This document shows positions 8,258 through 16,900 of a DNA stretch of 50,321 nt, one piece after another. The stretch is from assembly GCA_009787485.1 (NCBI GenBank), contig WQWP01000002.1:1-50321 (forward strand), in the 5' to 3' direction. A program made the translations under genes and the position numbers. Under the pieces are notes generated by a model. The model searched no databases, was not told the origin of the DNA, and saw only the letters and a program-made list of their open reading frames with translations. Each line of letters starts with the position of its first letter. Positions within the stretch are counted from its first letter, which is position 1. The DNA comes from Lentimicrobiaceae bacterium. Lineage in GTDB: Bacteria; Bacteroidota; Bacteroidia; Bacteroidales; WCHB1-69.

Positions 8258-8284
8258 CTCGCAAAGGCGCAGAGATGCGAAGAG
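8258..8284. repeat. Half-copy of the cgcaaaggcgcagag repeat family
   Basis: ctcgcaaaggcgcagagatgcgaagag fills the gap between two convergent stops. It is related to the arms of the long palindrome at 43520-43580. Confidence 0.55.
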
Positions 8285-8287
8285 GTT

Positions 8288-9481
8288 CTATTGAAGGATC
8301 TTTGTTAATTCTTCGGTAATAATTTCTTTTGCGTATTTGGTTTCTATTAATTTTCGGGCGTTTTTACCTATTTCTGTACATTTTGTTGTATTATTTACAC
8401 AAAAATCTATGATTTGGATCATGGTTTCGGGCGTGTCGGCAATGAGGATGTTTTCTTTATGGGAAATACCGATGCCTTCTGCGCCGATGGTGGTGGTAAT
8501 GACCGGCTTGCCCAAAGCTAATCCTTCCATAATTTTTATGCGCATGCCGCTTCCCGACAGTAATGGAACGATCATAATGTCGTGCGCTTTGATAAAGTGT
8601 TGTGCATTTTCTACAAAATCGAAAATCTGCACATTTTGGAGGTTTTTATTATCAAAAACAGCTTTATTTCCTTTGCCGGCAAGAACTAATGTTAATTTGG
8701 GATGTTTTTCCACCACTTTTTTCCAAACATTTTCTAAAAACCATATCATACCTTCAATATTGGGCTGCCAATTCATACTTCCTATATGAAATAATGAAAT
8801 GTTGCTCTCATCAATTTGCTGATCTTCATATTGATAAGTTGACAGATCTATTCCATAAGGAATCACTTTGCTGCTGAGATTGGGGAATTGCTTTTGGAAG
8901 AAAATATGATCCACCTCGGTGATAGGCATATAGCCGTCTATTTTGTGAAATAGGGATAATTCAAAACGTTTTAATGAAGTGGCAAGATAGCGATAAGTGG
9001 CCTTTTTTAAAGGATTTTTTGCCTGTTTGGATAATCTTTCCCAAATTAAGTATTCAATATTATGCAAACGTAACAAAATGCGAGCCTGAGAGTATTTTTT
9101 TATGGTTTCGATGTAATTTCCTACAAAAATAGACTCTAAAATAACTACATCGAACCTTTCTTGTAAAAATAGTGCTTTTAATTTTTTATCCATTTTTTTT
9201 GAGAAGAAACGGTCGGCTTGCAAGGAAGTGCGTTTTATTAGCGAAGTAATAGCTTTAGTTATAGTTGTTTTCGTGTTAACAGAAATCGACTCAAATCGAG
9301 TTTTGTCGAAATGGGGGATAAATTCTTCAGCGTGCACTGCCGGATGTTTAGCAGTAGCTATAGAAACCACCTTTACTTCAACGCCTGCATCTAACAAACA
9401 GGTGGTAATTTGGTGCATTGCCAAACAACCTCCATCCACACAGGGAACCGGCGGTTTATGAGTGAGTTGCAGGACTTTCAT
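8288..9481 (-). CDS. Glycosyltransferase, family 4 (GT-B, Glycos_transf_1 type)
   Basis: 397 aa with a C-terminal GT1 signature ...LLSGSGMRIKIMEGLALGKPVITTTIGAEGI. It overlaps the upstream permease gene by 26 nt. Confidence 0.8.
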   Translation of the reverse strand: MKVLQLTHKPPVPCVDGGCLAMHQITTCLLDAGVEVKVVSIATAKHPAVHAEEFIPHFDKTRFESISVNTKTTITKAITSLIKRTSLQADRFFSKKMDKKLKALFLQERFDVVILESIFVGNYIETIKKYSQARILLRLHNIEYLIWERLSKQAKNPLKKATYRYLATSLKRFELSLFHKIDGYMPITEVDHIFFQKQFPNLSSKVIPYGIDLSTYQYEDQQIDESNISLFHIGSMNWQPNIEGMIWFLENVWKKVVEKHPKLTLVLAGKGNKAVFDNKNLQNVQIFDFVENAQHFIKAHDIMIVPLLSGSGMRIKIMEGLALGKPVITTTIGAEGIGISHKENILIADTPETMIQIIDFCVNNTTKCTEIGKNARKLIETKYAKEIITEELTKILQ

Positions 9482-10913
9482 GCTTTTTTCTTGTAAATAA
9501 TTTTTTCAGATTAAGTTGCTGTATTCTTTTGCTAATTTCTTCAGAAGATAATAATGCGGAATCTACAGAGGCCTGGTAAGTGAGGAATGCACAAATAGGA
9601 ACGAGTATAAGAGTGGAGAGCCACATGCCAAACCAAACGGGAACGGCATCTCCTTTGGCCAATTTTTCTCCAAAAATAGAAAGCATAAAATAAGAAGAAA
9701 AAAAGACTACCGTAATCACCAAAGGCACTCCTATGCCTCCCTTACGGATAATAGAGCCTAACGGAGCCCCAATAAAAAAGAATAAAATACATGCCACAGC
9801 AAATACATATTTTTTATACCATTCTGTCATATAAGAAGTTATATTGAAATAAAGATGCCCTTTATACTCTTTATGCATATTTGATGAGTTTTTAAAATCA
9901 TTTTTCAACACCACCACTCTATCCAGAACTTCTTTTTTTTCTTTGGCGCTTAACTCGCTATATGGAATGTTGGAACAATTGGTAGGATTCGGTGTTTCAT
10001 TGTTGGGATAGACGAAGTGTTGAAATGCATGACAAGAAGCCATAAAAGCTGCCAAAATATCATCGTTTGTTTTTTCCACAGAAACCATCACGGTATCTAT
10101 CATTTTTGTAAGTTCTTTATTAGAAAGAGCCTCGTTTCGTTTTACATAAAAATCATTATCAGATTTTTCAAATTTAAAGGAAGATATGTCAAATCTTTTG
10201 TACTGTTCTGCAAAAGTGGTGCGCACCAAAGCGTTTTTTTCAACCGGTCCGGCATCGGAGCTTTCGTCCCAGGAAAAGCCATCGTATAAATAGAAAAGCA
10301 TATATTCCTGATCATCGGTCATTTGCATTTTGCCTCTTTTCGCGTAAATAAATGTACTATTTCCTTGATATTTTGTGTGGTCGAACAATAAAACATCGAA
10401 AATATCTCTATTATTGCGATGTTTTTTTCCTACACGGATAGTGTAATTATCGAAGCCGTCGTAAAAAACGCCTTCTTCAATGCTTAATGTTGGTTTTTGA
10501 TTTTGAATATTTTTCAACAATGACCGCATTTTGAAATATGCTTTTGGCGCTACATTATCAGAAAACCAAAAAGAGCCGCAGGCAATGAAGAAAACAAAAA
10601 GGGACAGCGCAAAAATGAGTTTTTTAATGGGTATTCCGGCCGCTTTCATGGCAATGATTTCATATCGTTCTCCCAGCGACCCGAAGGTCATAAGCGAAGA
10701 TAACAGTATTGCCAAAGGAGCAGCTAAAGAAACAAAGGTGGCGGAAGCATAAAAGAGAAACTCTAAAACTATGGCGATTTCCAATCCTTTTCCTACCAAA
10801 TCATCCACGTACTTCCATAAAAATTGCATTAACAAAATGAATAATGCAAAGAAAAAAGTGAGGGCAAAAGGTCCTAAAAATTTTTTAAAGAGGTATCTAT
10901 AAATTATTTTCAT
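9456..10913 (-). CDS. LptF/LptG (YjgP/YjgQ) family LPS export permease, long Bacteroidota form
   Basis: MKIIYRYLFKKFLGPFALTFFFALFILLMQFLW... is the typical N-terminus. Transmembrane segments lie at both ends around a large periplasmic insert. Confidence 0.8.
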   Translation of the reverse strand: MKIIYRYLFKKFLGPFALTFFFALFILLMQFLWKYVDDLVGKGLEIAIVLEFLFYASATFVSLAAPLAILLSSLMTFGSLGERYEIIAMKAAGIPIKKLIFALSLFVFFIACGSFWFSDNVAPKAYFKMRSLLKNIQNQKPTLSIEEGVFYDGFDNYTIRVGKKHRNNRDIFDVLLFDHTKYQGNSTFIYAKRGKMQMTDDQEYMLFYLYDGFSWDESSDAGPVEKNALVRTTFAEQYKRFDISSFKFEKSDNDFYVKRNEALSNKELTKMIDTVMVSVEKTNDDILAAFMASCHAFQHFVYPNNETPNPTNCSNIPYSELSAKEKKEVLDRVVVLKNDFKNSSNMHKEYKGHLYFNITSYMTEWYKKYVFAVACILFFFIGAPLGSIIRKGGIGVPLVITVVFFSSYFMLSIFGEKLAKGDAVPVWFGMWLSTLILVPICAFLTYQASVDSALLSSEEISKRIQQLNLKKLFTRKKHESPATHS

Positions 10914-10928
10914 GACCTATTAACGAAA

Positions 10929-11771
10929 TTAATAATCGCCAATTGTTTCGGGGAGCTGATTTAATGCTATTTGTGCTTGTTCCTCATTTGGGGGTGAGCC
11001 GTGCCATTTGTGCGTTCCCATCATAAAATCCACACCCATACCCATTTCCGTGTGCATGATGACTACTACCGGCTTTGATTTTTGGGCAAGTTTTTTGGCT
11101 TCTTCCATTTGTTTTACTACATTTTCCATGATATTTCCCTGCATTTCTATCACTTTCCAGTCGAATGCTTCAAATTTGGCGTGCAAATTGCCCAAGCTGC
11201 ACACATCGTCGAGCGCACCGTCAATTTGTTTTTGGTTGTAGTCTATAATGAGGATGAGGTTATCTACTTTATTTGCTGCGGCAAACATTATGGCTTCCCA
11301 ATTTTGTCCTTCTTGCAGTTCACCATCGCCACACAGCACGTACACCAAATTGGGGTCGTGGTTTGCTTTTTTGGATAGCGCGGCGCCGATAGCTACGGAA
11401 ATTCCTTGCCCCAACGATCCGGAAGCTACTCTGATGCCCGGTAGATCGTAATTTGGAGAAGGATGTCCTTGCAAGCGTGATCCCAGCAACCGGAATGTTG
11501 CCAACTCTTTTACGGGGAAATAGCCTCGTCGCGCCATCACGCTGTACAACACCGGCGAAATGTGCCCGTTGGAAAGGAAGAACATCTCTTCACCGGCTCC
11601 GTTTTGGGAAATATTTTCGGGAGCGCTGTTTAAGATGTTAAAAAACAGGGCGGTCATAAAATCGGCGCAACCGAGCGAGCCGCCGGGGTGCCCTGATTTT
11701 GCGGCGCAAACCATGCGGACGATGTCGCGGCGCACTTGGGTGGCGATTTGTTCTAATTCAAAAATGTGCAT
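10929..11771 (-). CDS. Transketolase, N-terminal (thiamine-diphosphate binding) subunit of a split enzyme
   Basis: 280 aa with SGHPGGSLG, GDGELQEGQNWEA and HGSPP motifs. Confidence 0.85.
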   Translation of the reverse strand: MHIFELEQIATQVRRDIVRMVCAAKSGHPGGSLGCADFMTALFFNILNSAPENISQNGAGEEMFFLSNGHISPVLYSVMARRGYFPVKELATFRLLGSRLQGHPSPNYDLPGIRVASGSLGQGISVAIGAALSKKANHDPNLVYVLCGDGELQEGQNWEAIMFAAANKVDNLILIIDYNQKQIDGALDDVCSLGNLHAKFEAFDWKVIEMQGNIMENVVKQMEEAKKLAQKSKPVVVIMHTEMGMGVDFMMGTHKWHGSPPNEEQAQIALNQLPETIGDY

Positions 11772-12148
11772 ATTGTTTTGGCAATTTCTTTAAACTCTTC
11801 TTCCGTAAATTTTAAGATTTCTTTCCCGTGGTTCATGTCGCCTTCTACTTTAATGGGGATTAAATGAATGTGCGTGTGCGGCACTTCCAAGCCGATTACT
11901 TTGATGCCTATTCTTTCGCAGGGGATTGCTTTTTTCAGCGCGGTGGCAATTTTTTTAGAAAACAGCATCAAGCCGGTAAGTTGTTCATCGGATAAATCGA
12001 AGATATAATCGTTTTGTATTTTAGGAATGACCAACGTGTGTCCTTTCGACGTGGGACGGATATCTAAAAATGCGAAATAATCGTCGTTTTCTGCAATTTT
12101 ATAACAAGGAATATCGCCTTTAATAATTTTTGTGAAAATTGTTTCCAT
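11753..12148 (-). CDS. HIT-family nucleotide hydrolase
   Basis: METIFTKIIKGDIPCYKIAEND...GHTLVIP...HTHIHLIP histidine triad. I start it at ATG 12148 because the longer ORF-track start overlaps greA. Confidence 0.85.
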   Translation of the reverse strand: METIFTKIIKGDIPCYKIAENDDYFAFLDIRPTSKGHTLVIPKIQNDYIFDLSDEQLTGLMLFSKKIATALKKAIPCERIGIKVIGLEVPHTHIHLIPIKVEGDMNHGKEILKFTEEEFKEIAKTICTFLN

Positions 12149-12149
12149 C

Positions 12150-12623
12150 TTATCTTGATATTTTGATGATTTTGAATTGCATGGTTCCTGCCGGCGCCTG
12201 AATGGTGGCAACGGCATTTTTCGCTTTGCCAATTAAGCCTTTGGCGATGGGGGAGGCAACGGAAATTTTTCCGGCTTTAAAATCAGCTTCCGATTCCGGC
12301 ACTATGGTGTAGGTCATCTCCATATTATTTGCCAAATTTTGGATAGTTACAATGGAGTAAATCAATACTTTAGAAGTGTCAATTTTTGTTTCGTCCAAAA
12401 TACGCGCATTGGCAATCAAATTTTTTAATTTTCCAATTCTAAGTTCCAACAAACCTTGTGCTTCTTTTGCAGCGTCGTACTCTGCATTTTCAGATAAATC
12501 GCCTTTATCTCTTGCTTCGGCAATGGCTGCGGAGGCTTTTTGACGTTCAACGGTTTCCAAGAGTTTTAATTCGCATCTTAGCGCGGAGAGGCTCTCTTCG
12601 GAATAGTATTTAAATTCGTTCAT
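12150..12623 (-). CDS. greA: Transcription elongation factor GreA
   Basis: 157 aa with ...ARDKGDLSENAEYDAAKEAQ... coiled-coil finger motifs and a C-terminal globular domain. Confidence 0.9.
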   Translation of the reverse strand: MNEFKYYSEESLSALRCELKLLETVERQKASAAIAEARDKGDLSENAEYDAAKEAQGLLELRIGKLKNLIANARILDETKIDTSKVLIYSIVTIQNLANNMEMTYTIVPESEADFKAGKISVASPIAKGLIGKAKNAVATIQAPAGTMQFKIIKISR

Positions 12624-12647
12624 AGTTGGTTAATTGTTTATTTAATA

Positions 12648-12690
12648 CCGGTAAAAAAAGAAATTAAAGAGGCTTACTATAAGCCTCTTT
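12648..12690 (-). terminator. Rho-independent terminator closing the 23235-12720 operon
   Basis: On the minus strand: AAAGAGGCTTA-tag-TAAGCCTCTTT (11-bp perfect stem, 12666-12690), followed by aatttcttttttt. Confidence 0.7.
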
Positions 12691-12719
12691 AAGTTGTAGT
12701 TATAAAAGGGAGAAAAATC

Positions 12720-13907
12720 TTACAAGCAGATTTTCAATCCAATATAGTGATTTCCTTTCCAGAAATTAGTAAAGCGATAAGCATAATCTAACAAGAGTTG
12801 TTGATTTCCTCTTCCTTTTTTAGCTAAAGGCACCCCAACCGTAACGCCGGCGCTTGGTCCTAAGTAAAAACTATCTGCGTTCGCAAAAATTTGATTTTTT
12901 CCATCAATATTTCTTGTTTGAAAACTTTGCAACATGTAGCCTGCACGTACTTGAAAGAATTGCATAAATCCGTACTCAATACCTAAGTTGAAGTTATCGC
13001 GCGAATAAGCATTGGCAGTGAAAGATCCGGCTAATGTAATACGGTGCATAGCGTCGGTACGTGTTAATCCTTCGGCTTTTCTGTCTTCTTTGTCCATAGC
13101 TTGATATGCTTCACTGAAGATGAGAAAGTCGTAAGATAAACCGATGGTAAGTAATGCAGGAAGTTCATACTGAGCTTGCCGGAATTCCACAGTAGAGATA
13201 TGGTTGGTACCTTCCAACACTCCTCTGGTTGAAATACCGTCTCCTTTATAGCTCATGGGTACTCCCAGGTTTTGCAACACTACACCAATTTTAAAGTTTT
13301 CGTAGGGTCCTGAGAGGTATTGTACGCCCACATCAATCGCGATACCATTAGCGCGGAGGTCTGAAATACTTTCATTTACAATTTTAAATGAAACACCTCC
13401 GTGAATAAATCTGTTAAATGATTTCGCATAATGGATGCCGATGTAGTTCAATCGGGGAGAAAAGATAGCTCCATTGCCGTCGGGTTGATCTACGGTAGTC
13501 ATGGAAATATCTCCGAATCCCATGGCAAATATGGAAACTGCTACTGTTCCCAGGTCAATTCTGCGGCCGGTTTCTTTATTTTTAGCCGACAGCCCTTGTC
13601 CAACGCCGAAAGCATTGATATTAATACCGCCGAATGATCCGGCGAGGTATTGTGTGTGTGTGAAAGCCACTTCTGTTCTTTTAGTAAAAGCGAGTCCGGC
13701 AATATTACTGAATACGGATTCTAATCCGCGTGTTTCTGCTACGCCGCACGAACTCCAACCGGAAGAACGCGCCCACGGGTCAATAAGAAGATGCTGTGCT
13801 CCGGACTGACCTGAACGGTCTCTGTTTCCTGCCATTGCGGTAAATGTAACGACACAAAAACCGAGCATGATACAGATGATTAGTAAGGTTCTATATATTT
13901 TTTTCAT
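12720..13907 (-). CDS. PorV/PorQ-family (FadL-like) outer-membrane beta-barrel, second PorV paralogue
   Basis: It has a signal peptide. The segment ...AQHLLIDPWARSSGWSSCGVAETRGLESVFSNIAGLAF parallels the FLMIAPDSRAGGMGDMGVATS...NPA segment of the porV at 30541-31785. Size is similar (395 vs 414 aa), with beta-barrel periodicity. Confidence 0.6.
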   Translation of the reverse strand: MKKIYRTLLIICIMLGFCVVTFTAMAGNRDRSGQSGAQHLLIDPWARSSGWSSCGVAETRGLESVFSNIAGLAFTKRTEVAFTHTQYLAGSFGGININAFGVGQGLSAKNKETGRRIDLGTVAVSIFAMGFGDISMTTVDQPDGNGAIFSPRLNYIGIHYAKSFNRFIHGGVSFKIVNESISDLRANGIAIDVGVQYLSGPYENFKIGVVLQNLGVPMSYKGDGISTRGVLEGTNHISTVEFRQAQYELPALLTIGLSYDFLIFSEAYQAMDKEDRKAEGLTRTDAMHRITLAGSFTANAYSRDNFNLGIEYGFMQFFQVRAGYMLQSFQTRNIDGKNQIFANADSFYLGPSAGVTVGVPLAKKGRGNQQLLLDYAYRFTNFWKGNHYIGLKICL

Positions 13908-13944
13908 AATCTAAAATTTTTAAGGTTACTAATTAACAATATGG

Positions 13945-16900
13945 TTAGAATGTATTCAAGTCGGTTGGACGCATCGTGCAGAAGAATTTCAACATTCTTT
14001 CGCCGATCCCCGGACAGTTAACATGAATTATATATACACCGCCTGCAATGGGGATATTGGCAAAGTTTTTCAAATCCCAGTTTACAAAAGACGTTTCGGT
14101 ATCCCCTTTGGTTAGTGTACGCACTAAAATTCCACTTACCGTGAAAATATTGATAGTTACGGGCGCATCATTTTTCAAACCTGTGGGTAGATTAGTGATT
14201 TTAACCATGGTTTCCAGCGCATTTCCTTCATACAAGGAGGCGCCATAATAAGGATTAGGCACAATGTTGATTTGATCGAGCACGGTTTGATATACCCGCG
14301 TATCATTGAATGTAGGCGCCAATTCTTTGGTAGAGACTTTATACACGGGATAACCCAGGTGGTCGAGATCTGCCGGAACGGTATATTGTCTTTGTGCCGG
14401 AGAGTTATACCATCTTGAAATGTATCGCATGTAAGGACGCGTAACCCGTATTTTATAAGTAACCTCGCTACTCAGCCATTGTCTTCGGAGTTCCGGATCT
14501 TCAGGCTGCATGGGAATATGCGTGTACATTACGTTGTTGAATAATTGCATTTTAATAGTTCGCTCCCATATTATAGTGAGGGGTAATCTCGGCCTGGTCG
14601 GGTGATTCGGAATCATAAATTGATTAAATTTTTGAACCAACCATTCTCCCTGGTCATAAGACGGACATTCATAAGCAGGATACTTTTTTGTTTCGGGGTC
14701 AATAAAGCTTTCATACGCAACACTCGGCGCCATGTTACCTCCGCTTGGCGTTCTTATTAAAGTATCCATAAGGTTAAAGTTACGTTTTGCATTGTTTAGA
14801 AAATCATTTTCCGGAAAATGATAACCATAGTGGTTAGGGTTATGATTAGGCGGACTGTCACTTGGTTTTGCTACACCACCATACAATCCATCCGAATTAA
14901 AAAAGAGTCCGGCGGTATTTCCTGCACTATTACAAATATAAACATAATGCATTCCACCCCAAATTCTTTCTATTCCAAGATCTGTTAATCTAACCCGCTG
15001 ATTTATTTGTACAAATTCAAACAACATATCGTACTGCCATTGAGGAATGGGAGTTCCTGCTCTTATAAAAGGAATATCCAACGTATCAACATCTTTTGTG
15101 GCGAGTGCATATACATAAGTGGGGTTGAATATCATATCGTTTCCATTGATAAGGTTACCATATTTTGCCAGGGTGGTGTCAGAATTTTCACCGAACATGA
15201 TATTCAAACGCTCACCTGTTTCAAGATTTACGGCATATCCGGGGAACCAGCCCATGCCTTGATTTCCAGTGGGGCCAAAACCATCTGTGGCATCGGGAGT
15301 AGGATTACCATCTTTATCAACGGATATTGCTTTTCTCGGTTCATTTTTCAATGCTCCTCCTTCTGCTTTAGTACGATCTGAGCACGATTCTAATACCACA
15401 CATCTTGTCCATTTATCCCGATCCGGTGTAAGTACAATATCCACTGAATAGAGATTGGTCATCGTTTGATTATAACCGGGCTGTCTGGTGGGTAGTTGTA
15501 TATCTTGAAAGCTGTAATAAGCAGGGAGGGGTTCCTGAGCTTGAATAGTGGTAGTACCGGGACCGGGGCGAGGAAAAGTATTTTCATCAGGGTTAACATA
15601 TTTTGCTTGCGGCCCACCGTCGTATGGGGAAGCTAACACATATGGCGCCCATGTTCCGTTGCAAAGGGTTCGAAATTCACCTGTATAATCTTTAAAAGCA
15701 CGATCTTGTATCCAATTTGGCGCTCCTGTTTGCTGATCAACACGGAACGACAGGCGGTTCGTAATAAAAAATGCATCTTCCAATCTCCATCTTTCATATT
15801 CATTTTTAACAGGAGGGTTACCTGCATAAGCAGCAGGATCCTCCCATTTACCTTTGTCGCGATTTCCGGCACGAATCCAATTTGAAGGAACATCCACGGA
15901 AGCGCTCATCAAGCCTGTGATCCATTGACTATTAGGTCTTTCAAAAATAACATCGCCTTGCGGAGGATCAATTTTTCGAGATTGTGCATAGTGAAGTTTT
16001 GCTTTATAGTCATTATATTTAACTATACCGAGCGTGTCACCCATAATACGCCCCCAAATTGCAATAATTTCGGGTTGGGTGTTCACAAAATCGATATTTG
16101 TAATGCCCACAGAGATACCTAACGGGAAGATAATTTGTTCGTTATGTTGCCCGATTGATGTTTGAGAAGTAAACACACGCATTGCGTTGCCATAATTATC
16201 TATTAAACCGGCTTCTATTAATTCCTCATCCGATACGGTTGGGTCAATAGAAAGTATCCAATACGCATCGTTAGATAGATCGGTAGTAGCATTGTTTATG
16301 ACAGAATCTCTAATAATAATCGTGTAATCGTATGGTTTTACGCGAAGCGGGTCTATTACTTTTACATTGAGGGGACCTGCATTCTTTTCATATTTAAGTT
16401 CGGCAGCTCTAAATGTACTATTGCCGGCAGCGTCTTTATCGCCACCTTTCACGATGTAGTCAATCGTTTCTTTTGTAAGTTCCAATGGCACACCGCCATT
16501 TCCTTGTCCATCCACACGAATAATGTTTGGAATGGAGCCATAATCGCTGTTTAGCGTAAGGCCTCCGCCATGAACAGATGGTGGATGCGGTATTGCGGGA
16601 ATTGCTGTAACAGACCTTCCTTCTGCTGTTTTTCGACCTCTCAGATAGGGGAGTTTTTGTCCAACTAATCCTATGGGGCTGCTATCGTCAATGAAGAAGG
16701 GCGCATATTCGTTATAAGCATAAGCGATGGCAATGAAATAGTATGTTTTGTAATTCACTAATTGCCGGTTTCCTGTAGCAAAAGCATCCTGGATAACTTC
16801 AAATGAGTGTTCGATACCGAGGTTGGCGCCATCCACCTTTTCTCGTGGAACAGGCACCTGCAAACTTTCATCAAACTCCCAATTGATAAGTCTTCCGACA

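Noticed and set aside
8337-8789. 150-aa plus-strand ORF opposite the glycosyltransferase gene
   Set aside because: The minus strand encodes a clear GT4 signature. The plus-strand product is hydrophobic noise with no start context.
12149-12232. Longer start for the HIT gene (ORF track 11753-12232)
   Set aside because: The extension overlaps the greA 3' end in another frame and is lysine/arginine/proline-rich. The conserved HIT N-terminus begins at METIFTKII.
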